Assembly (NCBI GenBank): GCA_028534125.1
Contig: CM052816.1
Coordinates: 95,110,001 to 95,174,000, forward strand
Length of the DNA: 64,000 nucleotides
Source of the DNA: Lama glama
Lineage: Eukaryota
Direction: 5' to 3'
Positions 24,401 to 38,200 of the stretch are shown piece by piece. The notes beneath the pieces are model-generated. The model did not search any database. It was given only the letters and a program-made list of their open reading frames with translations, and had not been told where the DNA came from. Positions within the stretch are counted from its first letter, which is position 1. Each line of letters begins with the position of its first letter. Position numbers and translations under genes: made by a program.

Positions 24401-27400
24401 CAGACTGAGTGGTTTAAACAACAGAGGTTTATGGTCTGAGTTCTGAGGGCCGGAAGTTTGAGATCAAGGTGTCAGCAGGGCTGTGCCCTCTCTGAAGGCA
24501 GTAGGGAAGGATCTGTTCCAGGCCCCCCTCCCACTTTCTCGTCATCCCTTGGCTAATGGAAAGGTAACTTCGGTGTTCCCCTGGCATTCTCCCTGTGTGT
24601 GTCTGTGTCCAATTTCCCCTTTTCATAAGGATGCCAGTCGTATCAGGTCAGGGCTCACCATCACGACCTCATCTTAGCTAACTATACAACAACTCTTGTT
24701 TCTAAATAAGGCCACATTTTGATGGACTGGGGGTTAGGACATTAACATAGGAAATTGTGTGTATTGGGGAGGGGGGCACAATTCAACCCTTACAAAGCAG
24801 GCAGCACCTCATGCCATGAGCATCAGTTGCCAGCTTCCAGCTCCAGTGACAACCCAACAGCAATGGCAGCATAATAGTTTATTCATTGTGGGGCTTCCAT
24901 GGCAAATGACTCTTGCTTCTGCGCTGGCATTTACAGTTGCCCAGGTTGAGCACTGCAACAATCTGTCTTCTGGCCAGGTGGCTGCTCTGTACCAGGGGTG
25001 TGGCCCCAAACTTTGATTGTAGACCCCATTCCTTTAAAAACTGCTTTTTGCCTGCACCCTCAACATTTGTATATTCTTTTGTAAATTCCACAGACATGTT
25101 ATGTGACCATTATATAAACTGTAAAATGTAGTAAAATGAATACGGAATGGATATTAATGTTTTGATAAAGGTGAAATGAACGGTATTTTAAATGTCTTGC
25201 TAATCGTTGTGACTTTCAATGATCATTAGCTGATATCTCAAGGTCCAAATACCCTTGAGCTGATGTTTCTCATTAATGATTCAGGATGTAAATCTAAATT
25301 TCTAATGTCCTTCCCAGTGATTTCGGGTTTTGTGAGGAAGGGTGGCTTCCTGTCAAATCTGATTAGCTCTTCGGTGTTTGTAATGCGGTTCATGAAGTAC
25401 GTGTACCAGGAGACGTGTGAGCGCTTCTCTTTTATGACGTGTTCACTTGTGCGTGTATTGGTGTTAACTTCAACCTCTGGAGTTTGTTTTGTTTTGTTTT
25501 GTTTTGTTTTGTTTTGTTTTGTAGCAGTCTTTTTAAGCCACGTGTCCATTTTATGAGAGTTAGTTTACATTTATTCATTGTACATTTGAACACAGTTCTA
25601 AGTACTTGGGATACATCAAAGATAGAACTAGAGCATTTAGTTTGTTACCCTGTTAAGCAGACAGCGCCCTGTATCTGTTCCAAGACACTGGAACAAATGA
25701 AGCGGCACAGAGACCTATGGGTGGTGACCCTGCTCCTTCCTCCAGAGCCTTGAGGACCATGAGGCCAGGTGATGGACGGTCTGCCTTGCAGACCGGCAAA
25801 ACAGTCCACATCGTAAATAGTGGTCAAGCTTAATTCGTTTTGTTTTGTTTTGTTTTAGATGAAATATAACTGTGAATAGAATAGACTTGCATGTTTATCT
25901 CATTTTCCCGACTACATTGTGGTCTTCTAAAGCACAAGGAACTGTCTTCATCACTGATTCACTTGTGTTGGCTCCTATACCAGATCTCTTGTTGTATGTA
26001 TATAAATTAAGCACGTCTTCCAAAGCCCATGGCTACGTGTATTTTAGGATGATCAGTAGGAGTGCAACTGAGTGCATTTTAAGAAGTTCGGCCCAGAATT
26101 GCCCAGTGAACCCAGAGCAGCTTGTGTCGGATGCAGACACTTGGCGTCCCAAGCGTCAAGGGCAACGGCGTAGCCAGGAACTCAGCGTCAGTTCTCCTCT
26201 CATGTAGGAAGGCTCGAGTCTGGCAGGCGGTGATCAGAACCTTGCGGAGCCGTGGAGGGAGGAAGGGCAGGGGCACTCAGGTGTCTCAGAGGCCTGGCTG
26301 GGCTCCATCCGTGTGAGGATGAGAAGGAAACTGCGGAAGGCTCAGCTTCCCTCCAGTGCCTGGTGCTGCTGGTGAGCAGCGTGGAAGCCATATTTGCACA
26401 ACACCTTGTTCCATAATGGACGCGGAAACCAGGTGTGGTTGACTAGCTTCTGAGCACCCCATTCCTGTTCCCTCTCCCTCCGCAGCCTCCTTACCAGACT
26501 GCCACCCTCCCCTCCACCCCAGGAAAGTGCCTTTTATCAGCTAGAAAGGGGGAAGAAAAGCAAGGAAGCGCTCAGTTTTCCTGTCCGGACGCAGCCCTGC
26601 GCACCTGCACTGGAGTCCGCCTCTTGGAATGGATAACCCTTTTCTTTTCATGCTGTTCCTCGAAGGACTGCACTATTTACCAGGAGTGTTTTCCTACTAC
26701 GTAAACATATGAACTGAATTTAAATCAACTCTCCAGCAGTTGGAGTTTATAGAATGCCATATGTAGTAATAACTGCATAGAATAGTGCTGCATAGAACAG
26801 TAACTGCATAGAAATGAGAACCCTTTATTGAGTTTATTACATTACAATTATTTTGCCTGAAATTTTTAAACCATCTATTTAAATAAACTCCACTGACTTC
26901 AACTGTGTCAGAATGCATAGCCCTCAGAAAGTACTCAGTGAATCAGTAATAATGAGCTTAGGGTTTGATTCTTTAAAGGAAAAATAGTTAATTAAATAGT
27001 TAATTAACTTCTTAATTTGATTACTTCCTATTTCCCAGCTGGGGGAAGAAGTGAACCAGGTAAGGTCAGTGTTGGGGAAGAAAACTCTCCATCCTTCTGG
27101 GCATATTCAAATGAGCCCTTGGCTCTCTCCACGGAGGACATTTACTTTGATTTCTGGTTGTGCACATCCTCAGGGGCAGAGATATACTCATTAGTGAGGA
27201 CTGGAGTCATAAGGATGGGATTATACTCAAGAAATTCTTGTAGAATCATTGGGTTTAGAGCTGGACACACCTGAGAGGTCACCTGCTCCAGTGCTCCAAG
27301 TGGGGCTGTTGAAAGGCAAGCTGACAGGTTTTACTGAAGATCTGGGAGAATCTTGATACTAAAAGCAAAACATCCGTTGGGTAGAGAGCCACCAGATTTT

Positions 27401-30400
27401 TTGTGTTAGAAAGAAACTGTTGCCCACTTGTGGGCAATATATTCAAAAGAGTTGAAAACAGTGTCTCAAAGAATTATTTGCACACTCACGTTCATGGCAG
27501 CATTATTCACAATAGCCCAGAGGTGGAAGCAACCCAAATGTCCATGAATGGGTGAATGGATAAACAAAACGCAGTCTATGCATACAGCAGAATACCAGGC
27601 AACCTTAGAAAGGAAGGAAACCCTGTCACAGGCTACAACATGGATGAATCTTATGCTAAGTGAAGTCAGCCAGTCGCAAAAGGACGGATATTATATGTTT
27701 CCACTTATATGAGGTCTCTACAGTAGTCAAATTCAGAGAGAAACAGGACGTAGAATGGTGGTTACCAGGGCCTGGGGGGGAAGCAAAAGTTGTCTGATGG
27801 TTTTAGAGTCTCAGTTCTGCAAAATGAAAAGTTTCTGAAGATCTGTTTCACAACATGTAAATAGACGACACTACTGAACTATGCGCTTAAAAATGGTCAC
27901 GACAGTAAATTTGATGTTATGTGTTTTTCACCACAATAAAAAAAAATTGTAAGAAACAAACAGAAGAAGCCCTTGCTGCTGTTGAAAGCAGTTTGGTGGC
28001 TCCTCAAAAAGTAAACCACGGCATTATCCTGTGACCCAGCAATTCTGTTCCTGGGGGTGTTACCAAGAGACTTGAAAACAGGAGTTCAAAAACTTGTACG
28101 TGAATGTTTATCACAGCGTTATTCACAACAGCCTAAGTGGGAAAACCCACATGCCATGTGTACTATGAGGTCTACCCACAGAGTAGAATATTATCCAGCC
28201 ATAAAAAAGAATGAAGGAAGGGGAGTGTTACAGCACCGGATGAACCTTGAGAACATTACGCTCAGTGAAAGAAGCCAGACACAAAGGGCTGCACATCATT
28301 TGATCTCATTTATGTGAGATGTGCAAAGTAAGCGAAGTCAGAGAGAAGATTACTTTACATACAGATTACATATAGCAGATTCCTGGTCGCCAAGGAGCTG
28401 CGGAGAATAGGGAGTGACTGCTGAATGCGTAAGGGCTTTTCTTTAGGGATGATGAAAATATTATGAAATTAGATAGAGTTGGTGGTATTAAGAGATATAT
28501 ATTTTTAGATAGTTAAAATGGTGAATTTTATGATGTGTGAATGTTACCACAATTAAAAAAAAGTCCTTAGGCATGAAAAGGTGGGGACCATGGCTGTAAT
28601 CCATCCAACCCCACATTTTCGTGGCTGGGAAAGCAGATGAGCCCTGTGGTGAATGACTTTGCAGACGGCCTTGGCTGCAATACGGGGGGACATCAGGACA
28701 CCTCGGGGGGAGGTGGGGAGCGAGGCATTAGTTGGATGCCTTTCACTGCCAGCAGCAGCAAATCCCAGTGCAGAGGGGCCCAGGCAGCAAGGACTCGTAC
28801 TGTCTCCTGCAAAGAAGTCCCAGGGTAGGTTTGGCTGCAGGTGAGGTGGGTCCCTTGGGCTCTTCCAGGGACATGGCCCTGAACCACTGGCAGCTCTGCC
28901 TCCTCCTGGAGCATCTTTTTCCTGGCAGCCAGTTGGCCACACAAGTCCAGGCTTCATTCACATCCTGACATACGGACCCCAGGGGAGGAAATGGGCATCT
29001 CTTCTTGTATCTTTTGTAAGAACAAGAAAAGCTTTATCAGAAGCCCTGTAGCAAACTCATTGGCCAGAACTGGGTCACGGGACACTCCCTAACTCATACA
29101 CTGCAGTTGGAGGTAACGCGGATGCTGTGAATGTTGAAAAGTCAGACGATACCCTAGGTCATGTAAGCCAGGGAGGTCTCCAGGGAGATAGCAGGGAATG
29201 AGCAGGTGCCCCAGGTCTACACAGGAGAAGAGTGATGTCCAGAGATGGCAATGGGGCCAAAGTTTTGAACCTCAGTCTACAGCCTGGAGAACAAAGTTTG
29301 AACACCACAGCCCAGGGTTGAGGACCCGAGGCAAGTGAGGCTGGCAGCTGGAGGTCAGTGCCTAGACCAGGATCTGAGTTAAGGACTGACCCCTGGCCAA
29401 ACCCACAGAAAGATTCCCCTCCCAAGGACACCCACAGAATCCCCCTTAAAGCCAGACCCATCCCCAGAGTGCATGTTTGAATGCAGAAGAGGTGTCCATA
29501 CACATTTAGAACAAAAACTGAGGGATTTGTGAGTTAGGCTAAATCTTCTTCAGAATTATTCCCTGTCGGTACCATCAGAACTGGCCAAAGACCACTGGTT
29601 AAGTTCCTAGAGTTGCACCATCCACCATTCTTCTAGTGGATTTTTATGGAACAGAAAGTTATTGTGCCCCAGTAGCCCCAGTATTTTTTATTGAAGTATA
29701 TTTGATTTACAATGTTGTGTTAGTTTCTGGCATACAGCATAGTGATTCAGTTAGACAAATATCATATGATATCACTTGTATGTGGAATCTAAAAAGGTGA
29801 TGCAAATGAACTTATTTATTAAACAGAAACAGACTCAGACATAGAAAACAAACTTGAGGTTACCAAAGGGGAAAGGTGGGAGGAATAAATTAGGAGTTTG
29901 GGATTGGCAAATACAAACTACTGTATGTAAATGGATAAACAACAAGCACAGATCCCTGTGCTACAGTATCTTGTAATAGCCCCAGTAGTTTTTATAATGG
30001 TAGCCTTTAGCTGTTTCCCAGGACATCTAAGTCCTCCATCTCCCGGCTTGTGGCATTTCATTTACATTTCGTTCACCCCGTCTCTGAAAGCGCCTACTGT
30101 GTGCCATCCCAGGACACAGCTGTCCATGTGTTCCTAACCCACGAGAGCCACACCCTCATCCATCACCAGGATAATGGAGCACTTCTGCACCACTGTTGAT
30201 GTGGGGTCACAGCAAAGGGTACAGATATCTCTTCAAGATAGTGATTTCAGGGAAGGGGGTGGGAAGGGATAAGTTTGGAAGTTCGAGATTTGCTGATACT
30301 GACTAGTATATATAAAATAGATAAATAAGTTTATACTGTATAGCACAGGAAACTATATTCGATATCTTGTAGTAGCTTATGGTGAAAAAGAATATGAAAA

Positions 30401-30886
30401 TGAATATATGTATATTCATGTATGACTGAAGCATTGTTCATGTATGACCGAAACATTATGCTCTACACCAGAAATTGACACAACATTGTAAACTGACTGT
30501 ACTTCAATTAAAAAACAAAAGATAGTGATTTCATTTCCTTCAGGCATGACCCAGAGGTAAGGTTGCTGGATCACATGCTAAAGCTACTTTTAATTGAAGA
30601 AGTTTTGTACTGTTTTCCATAGTGGCTGAACCAATTTACATTCTCACCAACCATAGACAAGAATTCCCCTTTCTCACCATCACTCGTTATCTACCGTTTG
30701 TGTTTTGGAAGATAGCCATCCTAAGAGGTGTGAGAGGATCTCTCATTTTGGTTTTGATTTACATTTCCCTGATGATTAAAGATGTCAAGCCCCCTCTTAT
30801 GTACCCATTGGCCATTTGAATGCCTTCTTTGAAAAAATGTCTGTTCAAGTCCTCTGCCCATTTTAGAATCATGTGTGTGTATATAC

Positions 30887-30923
<37 letters not shown>

Positions 30924-32176
30924 ACCCCTTATCAGATATATGTTTTGCAAAAATTCTCTCTCATTCCATAGGTTACCTTTTCATTCTGTTGGTTGTTTCC
31001 TTTGCTGTGTAGAAACTTTTTAGTTTGATGTGGTTCCATTTATTTATCTTTGCTGTTACTGCTTTCACTTTTGGTGTCATATCCAAAAAATTGTTGCCAA
31101 GGTCAATGTCAAGGAGATTTTTCCCTATGTTTTCTTCTAGGAGTTTTATATTTTCAGGTATTACATTTAAGTCTTTAATCCATTTCAAGTTAATACTTGT
31201 GAGTGGTGTAAGATAAAGGGTACAATTTCATTTTATTGTGTGTGTGTATCCAGTGTTCCCAGCACCATTTAACAAAGAGACTATCCTTTCCCTATTGTAT
31301 ATTCTTGGCTCCCTTGTCAAATATTATTTGACAGTATATGCAGAGTTTTATTTCTGGTCTCTGAATTCTGCTTCATTATGGGTCTATGTGTCTGTTTTTA
31401 TGACAGTACCATACTGTTTTAATTACTATGGATTTGTAATATAGTTTATATATATTCAGAGAATGTGATGCCTCCAGTTCTGTTCTTCTTTCTCAGGATT
31501 GCTTTTGCAATTCCAGGTCTTATTTGGTTCCATACAAGTTTAGAATTTTTTTTTCTATTTCTGTATAAAATGTCAGTGGACTTTTGATAGGGATAGCATT
31601 GACTCTGTGGATCACTTTGGGTAATAGAGACATGTGAATATTAATTCTTCCAGTCCATAAACACAAGATATCTTTCTATTTATTTGTGTCTTCTTCGATT
31701 TCTTTCATCAGTGTTTTAGAGATCACAGTGTACAGATCTTTCACCTACTTGGTTAAATTTATTCCTAAATATTTTATTATTTTTGATGCTATTGTAACTG
31801 GGATTATTTCTTTTATTTATTTTTCAGATAGTTCATTGTTAGTGTTTAGAAATGTAGCTGCTTTCTGGGTGAGCTGATTTTGTATCCTGCATCTTTACTG
31901 AATTCGTTTATTAGTTCTAATAGTTTCTTGGTGGAGCGTTTAGGATTCTCTAAGAGCATATCATCTGTACACAGTTTTACTTCTCCCTTTCCGATGTAGA
32001 TGCCTGTGATTGCTTCCTCTTGCCTGATTGTTCTGGCGAGGGCTTCCAGTACTGTGTTGAATAGGAGTTTTGAGAGTGGGCATCCTTGTGTTGTTCCTGA
32101 TCTTAGTGGGAAAGTTTTCAACTTTTCACCATTGAGTATGATGTTAGCTGTGGGTTTGTCCTGGAGATCTGTGGGT

Positions 32177-32217
<41 letters not shown>

Positions 32218-35200
32218 CACTGTGGCCAGCTGACTGGTTAGCTGGCAAGTAAGGTAAAATGCAGACCCTTCACAGATTCAGATTTCACAGGAGGGATGGA
32301 GGGAGGAGGCATGGATGGTGGTGTGACTTGCCTCCGGGTGCTCAGCCAAGCAGAAGTGGCAACAATCAGGAGAATCCTGGTTTCCTGGGCCACCCCACTC
32401 CCCAGCTGACTCCCCCAAGTGACCAAGGAGTAGGCAGAGCCTCTCAAATTTCAAGGCTCTTGCAAATCACCTGGAAATCTTGCCAAAATTTGCAGATGGT
32501 CTGGGGTGGGGCCTGAGACTGCATTTCTGCCAGGCGGGGGCTGGGAAGGGAGGGGTGTTCATGTTCCCACCACACTCAGAGTAGTGAGTCCATCCCAGCC
32601 TCTGTAATGCTAATGAAGTGTATGCTTCTCAGAAATGTACTGACATTATGTAAAAGGTAGAAAATGTTATATAATTTACCTTTTAGCTGTTCCTAAGTAA
32701 TTACGACTTCCTAATTAAATAACCACCATATTTATAAGTACTCCAGAGGGGAGGAAGCAGACAGTGTGAGAACTGGCCATAGGGCAGGGCTGAACATTTT
32801 CTCTGTGGGACTTGAATCTATTTAGGAAGTATCTGTCACTCAACCTGTTGAGTTTATGATTATGTCTCATCTGAATCAGGCCTTGGGGAATGAGAAATTT
32901 AGAAGATTGTTCCAACTATCAAACAAGCAATTCTTCGGTATTGGGAGAGTTTGTTAGCCAACTAAATCCGCCGTTAGACCAGGTGCTTTGTATACTTAGT
33001 CTTATTTTGTCTTCACAGCCGACAAGGGAGATGGTGGACCCTTCTTTTATGGATGAGGACATTTGCTCAGAAAGGCTCATGACGTGCCCAAGGTCATCCA
33101 GAGAGGCACTGATAGAAGTAGGATTTGAACTCGAATCTTCATAATTCCAAAGACTTGCCGCTCTGCTGTCCAGCCCTTGTATTCTGGCAACCAGCCCTCC
33201 TTTCACAAGGAATTGGAGAGGAATTATGGAGAAGAGAGCCTAAATTCTACTTAGAATTGTAAAGTTCAGAGACGTATTTTCAGCCCTAGGATTGTATTGC
33301 TAGATACTGGGGTCCATCTAAGCTCATTTAAACGGAAGAGTTTCTGGAATTTTCCTTCTACTCCAACTGTCAACTCAAGCTTTGCTGTTTCACCAGGTTC
33401 GTGTCGGAGTAGCTCTGCAGGTGCCTGGGCTCCCTTGGGGGCATGTCTCCCACCGCCACCCCCACCCCTGCTCCCTCAGCCTGAATAATCTGCCATCGCT
33501 GCTCCAGCAAGTCATGAAGTCTCTATGACAGGAGCCCCAGAGCCAGGAAACGAACATACACTTAGGAACCGCCCAGCCCCATGTATGGGAGACACAGAGC
33601 ACAGGGCTGGGTCCAGCTTTATTTGAGAAGCCATAGATCTGAGATTTCCAAAGTCAGCTGCAAAGAAAGGAAATCAGACCAGAAAAAATACAAATTAGAG
33701 GAAGCTGGCGTCAGGCTAAAAACCGATGACTCACGGCCACTAAATTCATTTTGATTTGCAGTGGGAAAAAGAAATAAGTCTTAAATGGGAAGGGTGGTGC
33801 CACATGGGCCCAAAACAAATACTGCAAAAGAATGGAGGAGTCTGTTTTCATTTCACCAAAGGTTTCAAATGTGATTTTAGATCGAAAACAAATGCAAACC
33901 CTTCCCACCCTCAGAAAGGCTGAGCCTACGGGGTAGATTTCTACAAGAAACGCCTTTGTTGCCTTTGCTGGGCCAAAGGGGAGCCTGAAGGGGAGAGAGG
34001 CTCAGGTCAGCAAGGATCTACTGACCCCCACCCCACTCCTGGGAAGAGGAAGGAATTCTGCCCCAAGTATCTTCCAGCAACCAGAGCTTGTGGCTTTTAT
34101 TGTGTGGGATGAGAGACACTGAAAACCCAAGCCTGGGGGTGAGCATGAAGTCTCCCTGAGTTAGCGAGTCACATCTCTTAGAGGGCACAGAACCCAGAAA
34201 AGAGAAATGCTTCCCCTGGAAGCCTGAGTTTGACCCAACTTAGGCTTTTTTTTCAACTGAAGTACAGTCAGTTACAACGTGTCCATTTCTGGTGTACAGC
34301 ACAATGTCCCAGTCATGCATATACATGTATATATATATATTCGTTTCCATATTCTTTTTCATTAAAAGTTACTGCAACATATTGAACATAGTTCCCTGGG
34401 CTATACAGCAGAAACTTTTTTTAAAATCTATTTTTATATATAGTGCCTAACATTCGTAAATCTCAAACACCCAAATTTATCCCTTCCCACCCCCTGTCCC
34501 CAGTAACCATAAGATTGTTTACTATGTCTGCGAGTCTGTTTCTGTTTTATAGATGAGTTCATAGTGTCCTTTTTTTTTTCTTTTTATTTTAGATTCCACA
34601 TATGAGCGATCTCATATGTTATTTTTCTTTCTCTTTCTGGCTTGCTTCACTTAGAATGATGATCTCTAGGTCCAACTTAGGCATTTTATCTGTTAGTTTA
34701 TCTGTTGGTCTTTGTAGCTTCCTTTTTTCTTACAGTTACGACCACGAAGTCAAGCAACTTAGGTGCATGTATGTGGTCCTCGAGAGTCAGCCTTCTGTGT
34801 CTGCCTGAAATGTGTGGAAAGCAGCTTGGCTCCAGGCTGGGATGGGCTGGCTCCCAGGTGGTCCCAGGTAGAGCGCTAACCTTCAGGGCCCTGTCTCCTC
34901 ATCTGTAGCATAAGATTAGTAGACCAACCTGCTTCTCTTACAGGACTTTCACAGTAAAAACAGAGTGAGGGAACATGAGTATCTACAAGCTTCGAAGAGA
35001 ACTAAATAGCACAGTGTGAATTAGTAAGTGGCCTGGTTACGGAGTTCTTACGACATGGCCGGAACGCCACTCGACTCTGGAGGAGATGAGAAAACATGAG
35101 TCCATCCTCCAGAAATCTGGGGAGACAGCTCAGTCCCCACTGCGGTCCCTGCATCCCTTGGTGGCAGAGTAATGCCGGGTAGGTGGTGATAAACCATTTC

Positions 35201-38200
35201 AGCCTTAAACAGGATTAAAGGTGTTGTGCTCTTAAATCTTTTTAAGGTTTTTACTAAAAATTCTTGGATGCCAGTTTTAGGATAGCACAAGGAAACAGAC
35301 TGTCTATGCTCGATGGCTCATTGAACAAATCTCTCAAGTTTACTTTTATGCTGTGTGTGTCTTTCTGCACCTGAACAAGGCGCCATTTGTATGTTGGCCT
35401 TTCCTCAATAATCTTCCAAATGGACGCCTGGCAGACGCACTCGGAGAGCACTCAGTCCCCTTAAGATGCAGGGCGAGGTGAACGAGCCTCCTTCTCGTGT
35501 ATCCTGGGGAGCCCTGTCCACACCGCAGGTGTCACGCCTCAGCATTATAATGAGGATGGAGATAATGACATGCAATAAAACACATAGCCAACTCAGAACA
35601 AGATTTTTAATGAGACGGGAGCTTGGTTTTACACATTGGTTCTTTACTTTTAGTATCTGGCCCAGAGCTGCAAAACAGTCTCTCCTGGTGAAGTGCTACG
35701 TGTTAATTAGTGACTGTAGCATGCTGTCTTTTTCTTTACTAAAGATGCTCCGAACTGTTTTGTTTTCTCTCTTGCCTGGGCATTCTTAATGATCATTCTT
35801 ACATGTGCCTCCATTTCTCGTCTGTTATTTTTTTTCCAAGCGTTCCTGTGAAATGGGCTTAACAGTAGGATGGCCCAGAGGAGCTAAGTATTGTTTCCAA
35901 GGTTCTGCAGCCGCTGAATGGTTCTTACAGGGCATTAGAAGGACCCAGGGGGAGGACCTGAGTTGGGCCAGCTAGCTGAGTGACCCTGTGCAAGTCAAAT
36001 TATTTATAGGCTAGGAGATACACACACACACATAGAAATACAGATATGTGTGTGTTTGTGTGTAAGGGGAACTGAATTAATTTCCATGGTTTTTGACATT
36101 CTTATATTCTATTATTTTTGTCTAATGAGCTGTTAATATAGTATCTTCCCTCTTTTGTCATTCAGTTTATTATCATAATGCCGTTTCAGAAGGAGGAAGC
36201 GGTTCGCTTTTTTTCTTCCGTAAACTGCTTCCTCTTTTTAGAGGAGGCCACGGTGCCGAGAGCAAGGCAAGGCAGCGATCTGTAAGGCATATCCGCCTAT
36301 ATTTCTTTGGCATTGACATTTCATCAAGGGACCTGACTCTGAAGAATGGCTGCCCCTTCTAAGGGCCTGGACTTGGCGGCGGGGGCGGCCAGGACCGTCA
36401 AGACGGGTTAAGAGGATTTTTTGGTACATCAAACACTGAGTGTCCTGCTAGGCAGCTTCTGTGATTGATCATCATTCTGTGGGCTCCTTCCTGACTTCAT
36501 TCCTTGAAGGGTGGTCAGGAATAGTCATTTTGAGAAGGACTTAGCGTTCAGTGTCAGGCGCTGGGTAGCAGGTGTGAGCAGGGAGGGCTATCACTATCAG
36601 TGGCCAAGCATCCTCATTTAGATGCCGACATTGTCCCCCAGATGGTTTTCCTTAGGGCGACCTTCCATTCTCGTGGCATCTGGGCCTGATGGGGTGTGGC
36701 AGCCAGCAGCTGAGCCACCTGCCGCAGGGACCATATTGTGTTAGCAGCTGCCTGTAGGAGGGAGGAGAGGTAGAGATGAGACTTCCTCTGGCTGTCCACG
36801 GTTGTCTAGACGCCAGAGGGTGTTTGCTTGGCACCACTGATGTGTTCCTGAAAAGTTCATCGTAAATCAGATTCCCTGATCAAATGTTTTTCCCTTTCCT
36901 GTCATGATGTCAGAGTTTATTCAGCCTTGTTTTCCCACTGACTCTCCGTTGGTGGCACTCCATTTCTGCTTCTGTTCCTCACTTCCTGTGTACCTCTGAA
37001 GACTGTGAATGATCAATAAGCAACCCTGGGTTACCATGCTTCCTAAAACTGGCCACAGCTGTCAGAGGAAGGGGCCACGTGGCCATGAGGTGGGCGCTGG
37101 GTTGAGTGCTACAGAAATTATAAAAGCAGCCCGGGTTGATCCTTGCATCTCTGCTGGAGAAATTAAAAGCAGTGTTCATCTCTGCTGAATCCAGGCATGC
37201 CATATCGTCAAGAGGCTTCTTGTCAGGTCCAATTTGGGATCATAAATTAATTGTTACATGTGACAAGCTGACATGTGAAGAAAGTGATAAATTCCACGGT
37301 GAGTTTTCACGGCCCCGGGGCATGGATGATGGACAAGGCAGGAGGGCGTCCCTTCCTGCAGTGGCCTGCCCACCCCTCTCCGTGGCATCGGCAAAACGGC
37401 CCTGTTTGCCTAGAAACCTTCATTAACCCACTCCTTTCCCTGATGGTTGTGTTAATTCTTCACATTTTTCTCTTGCTTCCTCCCCAGATAAACTCTTGTG
37501 AATTGCTTTCAAGGGGGGCTGTTCACCTAGAAGGGACCGAGCTATTGTTTTATATGGGCCTTTGCCTGGGGCCTCAGGGACTGCCTGTTAAGCAGCCTCC
37601 AGGACAGGCAGAGCACTGCCACTGGCCTGAGTGTCTCAAGGTCAGAGGATGTCACTGTGGGGACTCACAGGGTCAGGCGTTTCCTAATGTCCGGTGGGGA
37701 GAGTGGAGCGGGCCACAGCCGTGAGACTCGGCCACCTGAGTGTCACCTGGAGGTGGGTGCGAGCATCAGCAGGCTGTGGGCTGGGAAGTTACTCCCCAGG
37801 GGGTTGGAGCCATTGCCATTACTTCACAGATTCCGTCTAGGACGAGACGCAGCCACATCCTCCTAAGGGCAGACCCAGGACGTCAGACTACGGCATCTAA
37901 CCCTCTGCGGCACCTGCCCTGTGGGGCCTCCCTTCTCTCCCCTCTAAAAATAGCAGCTCGCCAGCTGTCCGCATGATTCCCCTCACTATGGGTGCGGGGA
38001 AGGTCACAGCCACATTGGAGGCTCACCTCTAGGAAGGACCCACATGGGAAACCCCTGCCCTCCTAACACGAGGTCCTGCCATCTGCACACCTGGGTTTCC
38101 CGGTTTTCAAATACTTTCAAATTTCTTCCTGTATATTTTTCCTGATTTTGTTTTTGGTTCCTTATAATAAAGGCTTTCTCACCATGAGAGGTATGAATGC

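Noticed and set aside
30217..32220. Reverse-transcriptase-like peptides as a functional RT gene
   Set aside because: Ordinary truncated L1 ORF2 with stops, frameshifts, a nested insertion and a degenerate catalytic motif (LCTDDM in place of LFADDM).
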